Below, in pieces: positions 37,559-49,912 of a stretch of DNA of 64,000 bases. The position numbers and the translations under genes are program-made. The DNA lies in NCBI GenBank assembly GCA_032718475.1, contig JAUCBJ010001582.1, positions 62,001 to 126,000 on the forward strand. Direction: 5' to 3'. The DNA comes from Nemertoderma westbladi. Lineage: Eukaryota > Animalia > Xenacoelomorpha. The notes under the pieces are model-generated. The model searched no databases. It worked only from the letters and a program-made list of their open reading frames with translations, and had not been told where the DNA came from. The stretch's first letter is position 1; every line of letters begins with the position of its first letter.

Positions 37559-39740
37559 TTCGGTAGTTGTAAGTCAAGTAAAGTGAGTGTCAAAGTATCA
37601 AATTTACCGTATTTATATCTAACGGTACTAATTACAGTCATATAAAATTAGCCTACCGGCCGATTTTATAGCCAATGGATAAAATTAGCCTAGCGGCCAA
37701 TTTTACAGCAAATGAATGTCACGGAGTAAGTATATAATAAAATTAGCCTGGCGGCCAATTTTATAACAAATAAATCGGATAACGATATACGTTATCAAAA
37801 GTAAATCAAACACAAATAATTACGGACTAATTCAGCAATAAACAAAGAAATCGTACGGAATGCATAAATACTTGAAACAGTGGAACCCACAATAATTTTA
37901 ACTAATACGGTAATGCCTAACTGATTTATGCAACTTTTCGAACTCACCCCCTCCAATGATTCTCCAGAAAAACAGATTCCCAGATACAAACTGGACGTGA
38001 ACCTTTCCGTTTCCAGCGTTGCGGACGAAGTGCGATTTTCCCAACCAAAGTTGTTGAGTTATCTATCTCCCAAACTTGCTAAACACGGTCTTGCTCTCGT
38101 TACAGTCTAGAAATTAGCTCTGAATCCTGAAAAACAAAAGAGTTAGGTTTTACTTTTACGAAAATTTTGTACCGGTACAATATGGTATTTAAACCCTTTT
38201 AAACACCGGTATTCAATTCCAAATATTTTACACGCGGTTCAAATCAAATTTTATTTCAAAAAATTAGCACTTAGCTAATCAAATACAAATTTTTACCTCA
38301 AAATACAAAATTTTCAAATAACTTTAGTCCTACTGAACCGTAGTTCAGTAAAACACATTCCTACTATTCTAGGAAATATGTTAAATAATACACATTCCTA
38401 CTATTGGAAGAGACGGCAACGTACCCTGCAATATCCTACTGTAAAGTATGTGAATCAAAACATAATCCGACCTTCTCACCAAAACAGTAAACTCTAAGTA
38501 AGCGAATATATTGCAGTATCGGTCTCTTATAACCGGTGAGGCAGAAAACAGTCTACGAACGGACAAACTTCGATAAAACAAAATCCCGCACAGCGAATCC
38601 TAGAATCGGGCTACTCACTGACGGACTAAGGGCGCTCGTATACTTTGCCGCGGTGTGATTTATATGCGGGTGAGAGATAGAGAGGCGCTAGCTAAATGTC
38701 TAACTAGCGGGCAAAATGCAGTACGGACAAAAATTATTTTATATATTTTGAGGTGTAAATAATTTCTAACGCGCGTGTGTATTGATTCTAACGGTCAAAA
38801 TCGGTTTCAGATCCTTCACGTATATAATTACTGGGTCCAGTGTACATTTTACAAATATTCTAATTTTGTAGCTTGTAGGTCCAATACTCACGAATGATAA
38901 GGCTCCTTCCCCTTTTGTGTATTTCCAGGACTCAAATTCAGGCATAAGGTTAATACTACGCCCAGAATTCGGCAATTTAATTTACCAGTTCCCTAATACT
39001 AAGAAGAAATGTGTTAGTTTACTACAGTAGGCGTACAGTTACAAATAGCTGGCCTGGCGTCCTATCTAGAATTTTGGTTGCCAAGGTGGGCACGGCAACT
39101 TCCTAACAGGATGTCGGCGGGGACACGGTAGATGTTAGTATCCCTAATAGCCTTAATTTATTTGCGCCTAGTGATAAACTGCCCTACCGCCTGAACGGTA
39201 CAATCCTAATTCAGGTAAAACACAGTAACCCTTCCTGGCCTACAAGTTCCAACGCAAATGGACACCGTTGTTCTACAAACAGTCACCGACGCACCCATAC
39301 CTAGCAAGAGTTAGGCGTACAGTTTGCTGCACCCTACCAATGTGTATGCTTTGTACCGGTGTGCCTGCGTCCTATCTGTGTACTAGTATCTCTCTGCCTG
39401 ATCTCCTCTCCTTTCCCCCCGTAGGAATGTGAAGGTCTACTGTGGGTTTTCTCTGAATTAAGACAGTACAGTCCCTAGATGTAATTTTTAGCGTACAGCG
39501 TGTCACTACCTCTACCTTCGATCTTTGGTCTTACACTTAGATAGCAAGGCATTGAATGCTGTCTAACCTTTCAGGCGATGGGCGAAGAACTAAGAATGAT
39601 ATTGTGGGTTGTCTCCTCCTACATTCCCCCGATGTTCCCATCTATTGCTGCAGTCCGCTATCTAGCCAGCCATCTGTCCCTCAGTTGGGTTCACCGTGGT
39701 GAAGCATAGTAAAAAACAGATGCAACAAGTATTTCTAACT

Positions 39741-39977
39741 TTTATTACAAAACTAATATACAATAAACTAATGCTAAGATAGAAGAAAGAATAATAAGTG
39801 TATACTCTGGTTTGTGAATAACTAATGAACAAATTGCACCTTTTTATAGCAGATTTGTGCTGCAAACAATCGAGAATATTCCATGAGTTATTTTGGGTTT
39901 TTAAAGATAATCATTGGTCCAGCAAACACGCATGTTACACGACATTGGTTACTATCTAATAACTGCAATCTTATTGG
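39741..39977 (-). promoter_or_regulatory. LTR-like U3-R signals of element 1: three CCAAT boxes, TATAAA, AATAAA
   Basis: Minus-strand CCAAT at 39973, 39944 and 39913; TATAAA 39843-39848; AATAAA 39741-39746; order and orientation fit a 5' LTR. Confidence 0.55.
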
Positions 39978-40044
39978 TTAATCTACTTTGAGCAAATGCA
40001 ATTTAATTCGTAGCGGTTAATTTAAATGAGTTGAAACTTAGCAC

Positions 40045-40128
40045 AAAAAATAATTCACAATTACTAGGATTCGAACTCGATACCTACTACACGAATTTCC
40101 AACGCTTAACCGACTGAGCTACTGAACC
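40045..40128 (-). pseudogene. tRNA-like Pol III unit (pseudo-tRNA or SINE head)
   Basis: A box TAGCTCAGTCGG, B box GTTCGAATCC, downstream T6; acceptor stem does not pair. Confidence 0.6.
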
Positions 40129-40133
40129 ACTTG

Positions 40134-40258
40134 AACAATGTTATACAAATAGATATGGTAAATGCAAATGAGGACTTAATGTAATCTTTATATAAAGTTA
40201 ATTCGAACAAAATAAAATTTTGAAAATCCTCGGCTTTTATGAGGATATAATTCTATAC
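40134..40258. repeat. 125-bp direct repeat, right copy
   Basis: Matches 24766-24890. Confidence 0.85.
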
Positions 40259-40440
40259 TATTATCTCCAGCTGTGTTACATCTGATTGTATATATTTCTC
40301 CCCATTGCGACGCTTTTGGATGACTGAATTACATATTAATTTTAAATTGTCGAAGCTGTTATATATTAATTCCGTTAAGGCCTTATTCTGGTAAATAACG
40401 GTTACATTTATTGGTTGTTTGGTGATGGTGGTGTAGTAAT

Positions 40441-41013
40441 TGTGAGCGGATTCAATTCCACGTCACCAAACCCCCATAAAGTGGGAAAGCGCGCCTCTAA
40501 GCAATATTGGGAGCACGAGGTTGATTACCAATCAACCTCGTGTCATCCCAGTAAACGGGGACAATAGGCCCCAGAGAACACACACACAATAGGGGTCAGG
40601 GGTTACACCCCTGAGAGAGAGAGAATAGCAGGGGCAAAGGGAAACACTTCAGGGGAGGTAAAAGGGCGACAACAGGGTTATTAGCCAATGGGGGGAAGGC
40701 ATCGGTTGAGTAATGTAATGCGGCCAACCGTGCAATATATATTATCAGTACAGCAATCATTTAGTCAGTGCATAGTTAAGTCAGTTTAGCTAGGGTAGTA
40801 CCGGAACTTTAGTTACCGTCTTCGTCTTTGTGTTCCGTGTACTGTCAATACTGTATCTTATATCTTGTGTTATATATTATAATCTATCTTATACTATTAT
40901 ACCCGGAGAACTATATTCAGCGATCAATAACTCTTTCACCTTTCACACACACACGGCGGGGACGCGTAGACTAAAAACCGGATAAACCGTGATCCTCCGT
41001 GGATCCCGTCACA
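40441..41013 (+). mobile_element. Solo LTR (573 bp) with 5-bp TSD
   Basis: TGTGAGCGGATTC...GGATCCCGTCACA imperfect inverted ends; GTAAT duplicated at 40436-40440 and 41014-41018; internal CCAAT and TATATA. Confidence 0.85.
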
Positions 41014-42771
41014 GTAATAAAAAATTAATAATGTTATGGTGCAAAGTGGACTTCGTGTTCAGAATATACAATATACATAGGATTCACTGGGAAGGGCTAT
41101 TCATCTGGTGGGGTAATACTTTATACAAACTTACAGTTGATGTTTGCTTACTGTCTGGGTTAGAGTGATTTAGTAATAAATTTGGCAAGTAATATACTTC
41201 TCTGCAGTTTTGGGCTATCTATTCAATAAATAGTAGTAGCTTACTAGGCCCACATGAGTACCAGCAGCTGGTGTTTCTATCGTTGAGTTGATGGCAATTA
41301 TCATGTTTTCATTTTCGCTCACTCATGGTACTGGTTTGATGGGCAGGTTCGTTTAAAGCCAGCTTGCTGGCTTTCTAGTGAAACCTAAGTTCACTGGTAC
41401 GAAATCCAATATTGACCATTCTTATTTTTTTGCAAAAAAAAATTATTTTTATTTTTTCACTAAAATCGCTCTAACTTCGGTTCTAATGGTCCAAATTCAA
41501 TATAATTGGTATATTCTTTGCCGTTATATATATAATTGGTATATTCTTTTTGTTCCCAAAAAAAATTAAAAAAAGGGCCAAAATGACGCGATATTTTTCG
41601 ACCCTTAAAATTCGTAATTTTAATTATAAATGTTAAGAAAAAAGATAGCGGAGTTAATTTTCTACATTTTACAGGTAGTTTTGGCGCAAAAAGCTAAATT
41701 ATAATAGAACAGGGAATTATTAAGAAAAACACTTTTTTCGTCTCTTTTTTATAAATATTATATTTCACACGATCGATTGCCGCTCCATTTGTATAGTACC
41801 TTCGGCGCTGCAATTAACGCTGTTAGATAGATAATTTAACGCACTATAAGTCTGTGTAAACAAATCTCCCGTAAGTTAGGTAGTTTTCGAGCAGGACGAG
41901 TTCCCGTGCAGCAAGTTTGAAGCGCGAAATTTTAATATTGGCCCTCATTTTTTTAATATCGTTTGCGCAGCAAAATATTTGGATTCCCCGTATCGATATG
42001 AACCGTATAAAATGTACCTTAACCTTCTAGGATTAAAAATAAAAACGTTATTAGTTATAAACTTTTTATAAATTTCTGGCCCTTTTTGGACCCTTTTGCC
42101 GACTTATTTTTTGTACCCCCATTCGAAAGGAAAGTAGACTCTGCGGTCTTTTACGCGTTCCGAAAAAGAATTGGCAGTATCCTATTCGCGTTGTCGAATT
42201 AAAAATTTCGAAAATATTAATTATGTAAAAAAGATGGAAAAAACGGACAAAGTTACAGCCCCTTTTTCCACCCGAAATATTAATAAATATCTTACCCCTA
42301 TTCGATACGAATATATTTATAAATTACCAAGGCACTCATGTTGACTTGTGACAGACTTAACATGTTCTGCAATATGTCAAGAACTATTCGCTCTGCGCTC
42401 TGCGCTTGTTTTGATGGCCGCCACTAAAACGGTCATTGCGGTTCTAATGAGCATAATATTAATGCAGTAGGAGAACTAAAAGAATCTAAATTTTGGTATC
42501 TAACTAAGTTTGGACCCATTTGATGACATAGGATGCATACAGGAAGTTCTTTCTTGAGTCATTGATCTTTTATCAATGTGTTATATTGTTATAAATTTCA
42601 TTATGGTGCATCGCGATGGCTCACAATTTTAACACTCTTGCAATCCGTAAAAATATAGACGAAATTCACAGAAATTTATTTTGCCATATTTTTTTTTAAC
42701 CATTTGGCAACTTTTGTGCACCGGTAAAAGAATGAAATCGAAAAAAAGTAAAAAACGCACCGCCCTTGTAG

Positions 42772-42870
42772 TGATGGATCAATGCCTATTATTCCACCCC
42801 GGGAAGTGATGGATCAGGGTCTATTATTCCACCCCATGAAGTGATGGACCAGGGTCTATTATTCCACCCG
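42772..42870. repeat. 35-bp tandem repeat, 3 copies
   Basis: AGTGATGGA..AGGGTCTATTATTCCACCC repeated. Confidence 0.85.
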
Positions 42871-43155
42871 ATGGCCTTGAATTTGGGTTGCCCTGGTCCC
42901 GAGACATCCGTCTTCCTCCAGGAGATCGGGAGCTGGCTCCACACTTCCACCCACAAACCAACAGTTCCTGTTGAGTTGTGTGCTGATGTTGTCACTCGCC
43001 ATTATGATGGAAACGCTGCTCCATTATGGCGACATCTGACTCAGCCCAAGAAGCCCAAGGAGGACTGTTTGATCCCATTTCCGAATAAGCATATTTCTGA
43101 GATGTATAGCCTAGCCCTATGCCGCAATGTGGCCACTGTCCATACTCGTAGGTAG
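42870..43155 (+). mobile_element. Possible 3' fragment of a CRE-like non-LTR element
   Basis: GPETSVFLQEIGSWL...SLALCRNVATV resembles the REL-endonuclease C-terminus (GxEAxxFLxELG...SLAIQRGNA). Confidence 0.45.
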
Positions 43156-44727
43156 CAGTTCTCCACAGACGGTAATTCACCGCCTTTAGTTGTTGAAAAT
43201 TGTTTGGTACTATAATAAAATTATAACTACCTGTATTACGCTTAAGAATGAAAACAATTATTGGAATATGAATATGATATATATTGTTCCAAAACATTTG
43301 GAAATAAAATGGCATGCCCAATATAAATAAAATTATTAGTCTAAAAGGTCGCGCGTAAAATTAATTAAATACATGGCGTAACGTAGGTCGGAGGTGCAGC
43401 TAGGGATGGCTGGGCACGAGGTGTAGTGGTCGGCGGAGTTGGCTGGCTGGTCGAATTATTAATTGATTATTGGAATATTGTTCATAAAAAATTTAAATTA
43501 ATAATTTATTGTAATTTTAATTTGCACATTTGACGTAACTTATAGAACGATGTACAGGTACTTACTTTTGCATTTTTGAATCAATATATGCAATGCACTT
43601 TCTATGCAAACGCATTTCAGATATGTGATTGATATAGTTGTCGGTGAACATGACCTAGATGCCACCAGTGGATCTGAACAAACAATACGTGTATCTGAAG
43701 TTAGTATTCATCATTTCATAAACGCAATAAATTAAATATTTGGTATTTTAGTGTTTTCCCGATCAGTTGTTCGTTACAACAGCTGTATAGCTTGAATGAC
43801 TCTGGATTATGTTTTCCAGTAAATATTATATATATATATATATATATATAATAAAAATAAAATAATAGGAAGGCATTTTATACAACCATGTTCAGCATGA
43901 TCCGGTCTCTTAAATATAATTTTGAGTTGAACAAAGTATATTTTTGACAGACCAATATCAAGCAATTAAAATAAAGTATGTTTTTTAATACGATATTCCG
44001 AGTCAACGTGACTCTTATCCATGTATTCAAAAATAATTGACATTTTATTCGATAGACCACTTCACATTTAAATGCATTTAATAATTACAGTACCTTGCTT
44101 ATTAAACGTTATCAATTAACCGTCAAATGTTATCAATATGAAATATATCATAGGTGTTCGTAGACAATTAAATTGGTTAAATTTTAATATTGGCAATATT
44201 TCAATTAAATTGTAATAATGTATTATATTATACTTACATAAAAACATCCCTTATGTAAGGTTTAATTTAACAAACAGATAATACAAAGATGCAGTTGTTA
44301 TTGTTGGTGCGCCGGGGAAATATTATCTGTTCTGTTCTTAATTAATAAAGCTTTGTAGCCCCTTACTGTACATTCTCAGTATTTTATTTATTGTCAGTGA
44401 CTTTTTTTTGTAGACAGTTGGTCTTGTTCTGAGTCTCCAAATCCCCTGGTGAGTCCCCTGTTTGACTCCTTAATATCATTGGTTTTCTCTTGTCAGTATT
44501 AACAGATTTTTGGACAACTATTACATCAGAAATATTCACCATTAAACAAAAATCCAAATTGCATGGACGAATCTGAACAGTCAAATAATGTTGACATATT
44601 TAAAAAATGTAATTTACCCTTAAACGCAACAGCACTTAGGTATTAATTAATTTAAAGGCTATTTTGTATAAAAATATTAATAAATTATAAAAAATAAAAA
44701 TAAAACACTACATTCCCTACAGCCGAG

Positions 44728-44958
44728 TATCCTTGTTTCAGAAGTACATGGATCCTTGTTTCAGAAGTACATGGATCCTTGTTTCAGAAGTACATGGATC
44801 CTTGTTTTAGAAGTATACATGGATTCTTGTTTCAGAAGTACATAGATCCTTGTTTCAGAAGTACATGGATTCTTGTTTCAGAAGTACATGGATCCTTGTT
44901 TCAGAAGTACATGGATTCTTGTTTCAGAAGTACATGGATCCTTGTTTCAGAAGTACAT
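44728..44958. repeat. 23-bp minisatellite, about 10 copies
   Basis: Unit TCCTTGTTTCAGAAGTACATGGA. Confidence 0.95.
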
Positions 44959-44964
44959 TGTAAA

Positions 44965-47005
44965 AGCTTTTGCGGACATAACAAGTCATTTTTCCCCGCA
45001 ATGCGCAGTGTAGGTGCTTTTGCGGACATAACAAGTCATTTTTGCCGCAATGCGCATAATACTCTAAAGGACTGGAGCTCAGATGACGAAATCTGTCAGC
45101 TGATTTCCTGTAGAAGTGGAACCTCTTTGTTCTGCCTATTTAGCCAATCAGAGCGATTTTCACTTTATGTTGTCCAGGAGCCTACGGGAATCCGCGCAAT
45201 GCATTACGGTCTTTGTTTTACTTTTCTGAGCCTCAGAACACCGGCTTGGAATTCTTCTGTGCTTCTGTTTGGAAGTTTCAGACTTTGGCCAAAACATTAG
45301 ATGGCTTTGATTATAAGAACGTAAATCTATTATCATACCACTCCGGTCATATTATTTCATGGAACACTGCATAAGCAACACATACTGACTGTTCACCGCA
45401 TTATTTTACTTCTGTTTACGGTCTGTTATTAATTGTCGTTATATTGATGTATATTGCTGATATATTTGGAGAATACCAATAAATAATCATAAAACCCCCA
45501 ATCTTCTTGATTACTGAAGGTAAGAGGAATCGGTTACCGGTAGCAATTGCGACTTACATTATAGTGGTTTTTTGTGTGAATTAAATGCTATTTCATAATC
45601 CCTACATGTGTCAGTTGCGATCCTCCTTATATATGATCAAATTCAGTGATAGTCGGCAGATCAGTGTGAAGTAGTGTGAAGTCGTGTGACAGATAATAAA
45701 GCATCTCCTAAAGAATGCGCTATTTACGAAACTCTGTGGCCATCTCGTTGTGATTAGTATAAGTCATAACTCTGTTTTATATACTTAAAGCGCCACGTCC
45801 TAAAGGAACTGTTAATATTTCCCCGAAAGTAAATATATTGTCAGAGATTGTACGCGCTTTTGGAAGACCTTTAGCAGTTTAACCTGCCAAAATTTATATG
45901 TCTTTTGGTTTATAAATCGACTCTAGAAGATGACAATATTTAATACCAATAAACACAACATTAGCAGAAGCCAGCCTAGTGCGCGTCCATTCACCCGCTG
46001 GATAATCCCGGGAGACTGGATTCTGAGGGCTTAGATTATTATTGCAGTGAAGCTTACGGTATTGTATTATTCGATTGATCGTTAATAAATAATTTCTGAC
46101 TAATATTATTCACTTTCGGGAAATATTAACAGTTCCTTTAGGACGTGGCGCTCTATCTAGATAGACAGAGATATGACTTACACTAATCACAACGGTAAGT
46201 CGGTAAGGCTTATGATTCACGTATGAGGCGCATTCTTTAGGAAATGCTTAGTTATCAGCCACAATCATGTACGCTACCGGTAACACACAATACTGCTCAC
46301 TAACTTGCCGACCGTCAATGAATTTTATCATATATAAAGAAAATAGCAACAGACCAATGTAGTGCTTATCAAATAGCATTAAATTCAATACACACCACAA
46401 TAATATAAGTCGCAATCGCTATATATAACCCGTCTTTCTAACCTGTAGTGTATCAAGAGAATTGGGAAATTTGGGTTCTTTATAAATGTTCTCCAGATAA
46501 TATTCAATCAACTGATATAAAATATGACAACAGTAAAAACATTAAGACGGTAGGTTAAGATATAATATGAACAGATATGTACAGTGATATATTAAGAATT
46601 GTGCCGCCGATTTGATTTGATATATGAATTGTTGATTTGATAACAGTCATACGCTCTATAATCTTAAGCCTACTAATGTTTCTTTTTAGAGCCGTTGTTT
46701 CTGGCTTAGACAGCAATAACAACAAAGTATCAGTAAAAAACTGTAAGACTGAACAATCCCAGTATCATCGTCTCAAAGCTCCACATCGACAGAGAGAATC
46801 GCTCTGATTGGCTGAAGCCAAACAAAGAACCATGCGTCCAATGGCTGTTTCCATTTAAGCAACCAGCTGTTAGATGTCGTAATCTGAATCATCACGGCTA
46901 AGCTGTGTAAAAGTATTGCCGTATTGCGGGTTTTTTGCCTTACCATGTCCGCTAAAACACGTATATAGAAGAATGACTTTTATGTCCGTTAAAAACACCT
47001 GTAAC
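44965..47005. repeat. About 2-kb imperfect fold-back (diverged arms about 44965-45848 and 46090-47005)
   Basis: Colinear reverse-complement blocks: AGCGCCACGTCCTAAAGGAACTGTTAATATTTCCC (about 45790 / 46118-46152), TTGCGACTTA (45547 / 46406), AGCCAATCAGAGCGATT (45142 / 46797), CGGACATAA (44973 / 46979). Confidence 0.85.
45847..46412. repeat. Long direct repeat, left copy (at least 566 bp)
   Basis: Nearly identical to 63432-64000 (two substitutions and a 3-bp indel seen). Confidence 0.95.
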
Positions 47006-47206
47006 GGTACCTTGCGGGCAAGGGGAATATATATACAGTTAGAGAACCCCTTTAGAGTATTTCAGCGCCTAGGGGGAAACTGGATTGCGAAGCAAAGGGG
47101 CCAGTTATATCCCACAGAAGCTTTTACACCGCTCCCAGAAAATGGGATTTGAGTCTATTAATATACAAAAATCACGGTTTCTAATATACGTAAATACTCT
47201 AAACAG

Positions 47207-49912
47207 TTAGTCTTTCTTGCGCGGACGGCGTTTACGCAGTTTTTTAAAGCTAGCAAGAGTCCTTTTCTCTTTGGGGCGAGCCACTTTACAAGGAGGGCTA
47301 TAACTCCTGGGTGAAGGGTGCAATATGATTGCATCAGAGGGTGTAGGATTATGGTCTGTGTATCCGCCAGTCGAAGTACCGGGTTGATTGACATCGACAT
47401 CAGGTGAGAGGGGTCTAATGGCTTTGAGAGCTCGTTTCAAGACAGCCGCTCTGACGGGTCCTTTACGCGTGGTCTGAACAAGGGCCGTGGGTGGACCATA
47501 GGCGGTCAGAAACTTCCGAGGTTTAATGGTCCTTTCCAACTCGCGTTCGCGGGCTCGGTATTCGTAAGGCCGTCGATATACTTCCTGTAACTCAGGGTGT
47601 GAGTTAACAAACAAGTCTCCATAGTCCGGATCCTGACGGATATAATTGATTAAGTTATAGGAATGAAGGTCGCTAGGATTAACACTCCTGAGAAATTTGC
47701 GTACGAATTTGGTTGAAATACATTCTCCGACGCGCTTTATTAGCTCGTAACTCGATATGCGTGATTTCTGTTCGACCGAGGCGAAGAGATAAGGATGGAA
47801 CGCATAAACTCCTTCATAAGCGCGTCCGGGATAATAGCGATGGCGCGAATCACAATGTAAATCAGCGTTCGCTTCCCAAGCTCTGATGTAACGTAGTGTG
47901 ATCATTTCATCTACGCTTTCCAAGTCGTGATTAAAAGGGCAATCGAAACTGGCATGTCCCTTTAGTTGACAATGGTGACATTGAGTCATAAATTGAGGGC
48001 AAACGGCAAAGATATGCAAGTTATTGAGTCTGCAATATGCGCAATAAATTTCCATAGTTGGTTGTTCTTGGAAATAGGAACAGCGGACGTTGGTATCCAT
48101 GGGCGTATCGTGGTCTCTCGATGCGCATAACCGACAACGTTGCCTAGAAACATATTTGGCATGGCGATAATCGTACGCAGTGAGACACTGTGGACCTTGA
48201 TACCATTCGATGATATAGTCGTTGTCGCTGTTCCGGGGCGTGATAGGCTGAATCTCCTCAGATTCTAGACATATTGGTTCGTCTTCTAAGTGCATAGATG
48301 AGGTGGGCGTGTCTGTCTCCTTGGGTGGACCTATTGTCTGAATTTCTACGACAGAATAACCGGTGGGGATTCGAGGTCTTTGTAGAACAGAGGAGTGCAG
48401 GTTCGATGTACAAATCTCCTGGAAAATGGCGAATCCAGCGCTATCCAACTTCTCTGCAGCTGAGTCTCTTAGGCTGATCTTGGTTAAAGCGCGGTCTTTA
48501 AATTGGCTATCCACGTTGCGGAACGGGGTTAAAAATCGCCGGAAACATTCGAAACGAATGAATTTATTATGTTCATCTAGTTTAGCGAGTTTGGTCCCAA
48601 GTATTAATGGATGGGCGCGTATGGTACGACTGCACACATCGGCTAGCCAACCGGCAAGTGCGGTGTTTTCAAAGATCGTGTATATAGCTAAGGAGGGACG
48701 GAGTGGAACACTCATGAAGCTATACACGGCGCCAGGTGCGGTCAATGGTCCATCAAAGTATAATCGAGAATAATGGTCTCCGTATACTTGTTGATAGTTA
48801 ATGGGATTTCCGACTTTGAAATTCCATCCGTATTCCTGAAAGGCAAGATGCCCGATGGAAGTCCGTTGCACCTTGGTAATGTTGCTAGACGTATTAGCAT
48901 ACATGGTGCGGAAGAAACCTCGACCTTCTGCCCAGGGGGCAATCAGCTGAGTATCAACGAAAGGGTATGGAATGTCCTCCATATTCCGAAAGTCGTTTTG
49001 GAGATCTCCATAAACAGCTGAGCCGATTTTAAGGATTCTTTCGTTGAACAACATCTCGAGTACGGGCTGGGGTAACATCGATCCATCGATGCCCATGGCC
49101 GGTTTGCGTTCGGTGTCAATGACGTAACGCTGCGCGAGTTCGAATTGTCCATGTCGGAGATTCTTTTGTAACTCGGTAAGAGTTTCAAAAGAATAATCAA
49201 TCAAGTCGGAACAAGCTCGAGTAAACATGTGGGTAGAACCAGCTAATCCGCGGATGTGGATCATGCGCGTAGTTCCTAGCTCTCCGACCGGAACGCTACC
49301 TTCATTATCGTAGGTGACAACTCCATACATCTCGATAACATTAAGAGTTTCATTCCACTCCTTGGTGGCGTTCTCTAGGGTCATCCCTACTGGATGCCAC
49401 AAGGTGGCGCATTGGTTAGCGTCAGGGAGATCACTATACTTCATATGCCGAGTGGTATACGTCTCCACAGTTCCATATCTTTGTATTTTCTCTTCTTCAA
49501 ATAATACATCTAGATTCCAATGGACTAATCGAATTTTAATAAATCCATCGAGGTTATAAGGAGTTTCTATATCTTTCTCGATTCGCGAAATGTTATATGG
49601 TTTTCTAAATGAGTTTACTTTTACTAACTGATCCAGATGTTTCTGCAATTGTTCGAGTTCGACAATGTCTAGAGGATTTATTAGTGGTAGAAACTTTAAA
49701 TCATGTGCCGGGTCTTCTGGTTTTACCATATAATATTGAGTCGGATTAACGTAATAAGGGTGGTCTTTAATCCCGTAAAACGAGTTCTGCAAAGGTCTAG
49801 CGCGTATGTTGACATCGTGTACCATACGACGGACAAGATCCGCTCGATTGTCCGGAGGTTCAACGAGTATACCGTCAACACGAGCGGCCTCGATCGGCGG
49901 ACGCTGTAACAT
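47207..49912 (-). CDS. Element 2 accessory ORF, C-terminal part: DEDDy-type exonuclease, CCHC knuckle array, basic tail (901 aa open)
   Basis: VTYDNEG, LPQPVLEMLFNERILKIGSAVYGDL, FVDTQLIA, YTIFE; CRLC..H..C, CAYC..H..CP, CHHCQLKGHASFDCP; KKLRKRRPRKK. Confidence 0.85.
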   Translation of the reverse strand: MLQRPPIEAARVDGILVEPPDNRADLVRRMVHDVNIRARPLQNSFYGIKDHPYYVNPTQYYMVKPEDPAHDLKFLPLINPLDIVELEQLQKHLDQLVKVNSFRKPYNISRIEKDIETPYNLDGFIKIRLVHWNLDVLFEEEKIQRYGTVETYTTRHMKYSDLPDANQCATLWHPVGMTLENATKEWNETLNVIEMYGVVTYDNEGSVPVGELGTTRMIHIRGLAGSTHMFTRACSDLIDYSFETLTELQKNLRHGQFELAQRYVIDTERKPAMGIDGSMLPQPVLEMLFNERILKIGSAVYGDLQNDFRNMEDIPYPFVDTQLIAPWAEGRGFFRTMYANTSSNITKVQRTSIGHLAFQEYGWNFKVGNPINYQQVYGDHYSRLYFDGPLTAPGAVYSFMSVPLRPSLAIYTIFENTALAGWLADVCSRTIRAHPLILGTKLAKLDEHNKFIRFECFRRFLTPFRNVDSQFKDRALTKISLRDSAAEKLDSAGFAIFQEICTSNLHSSVLQRPRIPTGYSVVEIQTIGPPKETDTPTSSMHLEDEPICLESEEIQPITPRNSDNDYIIEWYQGPQCLTAYDYRHAKYVSRQRCRLCASRDHDTPMDTNVRCSYFQEQPTMEIYCAYCRLNNLHIFAVCPQFMTQCHHCQLKGHASFDCPFNHDLESVDEMITLRYIRAWEANADLHCDSRHRYYPGRAYEGVYAFHPYLFASVEQKSRISSYELIKRVGECISTKFVRKFLRSVNPSDLHSYNLINYIRQDPDYGDLFVNSHPELQEVYRRPYEYRARERELERTIKPRKFLTAYGPPTALVQTTRKGPVRAAVLKRALKAIRPLSPDVDVNQPGTSTGGYTDHNPTPSDAIILHPSPRSYSPPCKVARPKEKRTLASFKKLRKRRPRKKD

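Larger units (their letters stand above)
24766..40258 (-). mobile_element. BEL/Pao LTR retrotransposon 1 with 3' accessory ORF (degenerate; ends uncertain)
   Basis: Gag-PR-RT-RH-IN order with BEL/Pao motifs; bounded by a 125-bp direct repeat. Confidence 0.9.

Noticed and set aside
38617-38664. Minus-strand TATAAA plus Inr as the element 1 promoter
   Set aside because: TATA-Inr spacing too long; the 39741-39977 cluster fits better
40061-40128. Functional tRNA gene
   Set aside because: Acceptor and anticodon stems do not pair; kept only as a tRNA-like unit
41390-42310. DNA transposon end beginning CACTGG
   Set aside because: No matching opposite TIR or TSD found
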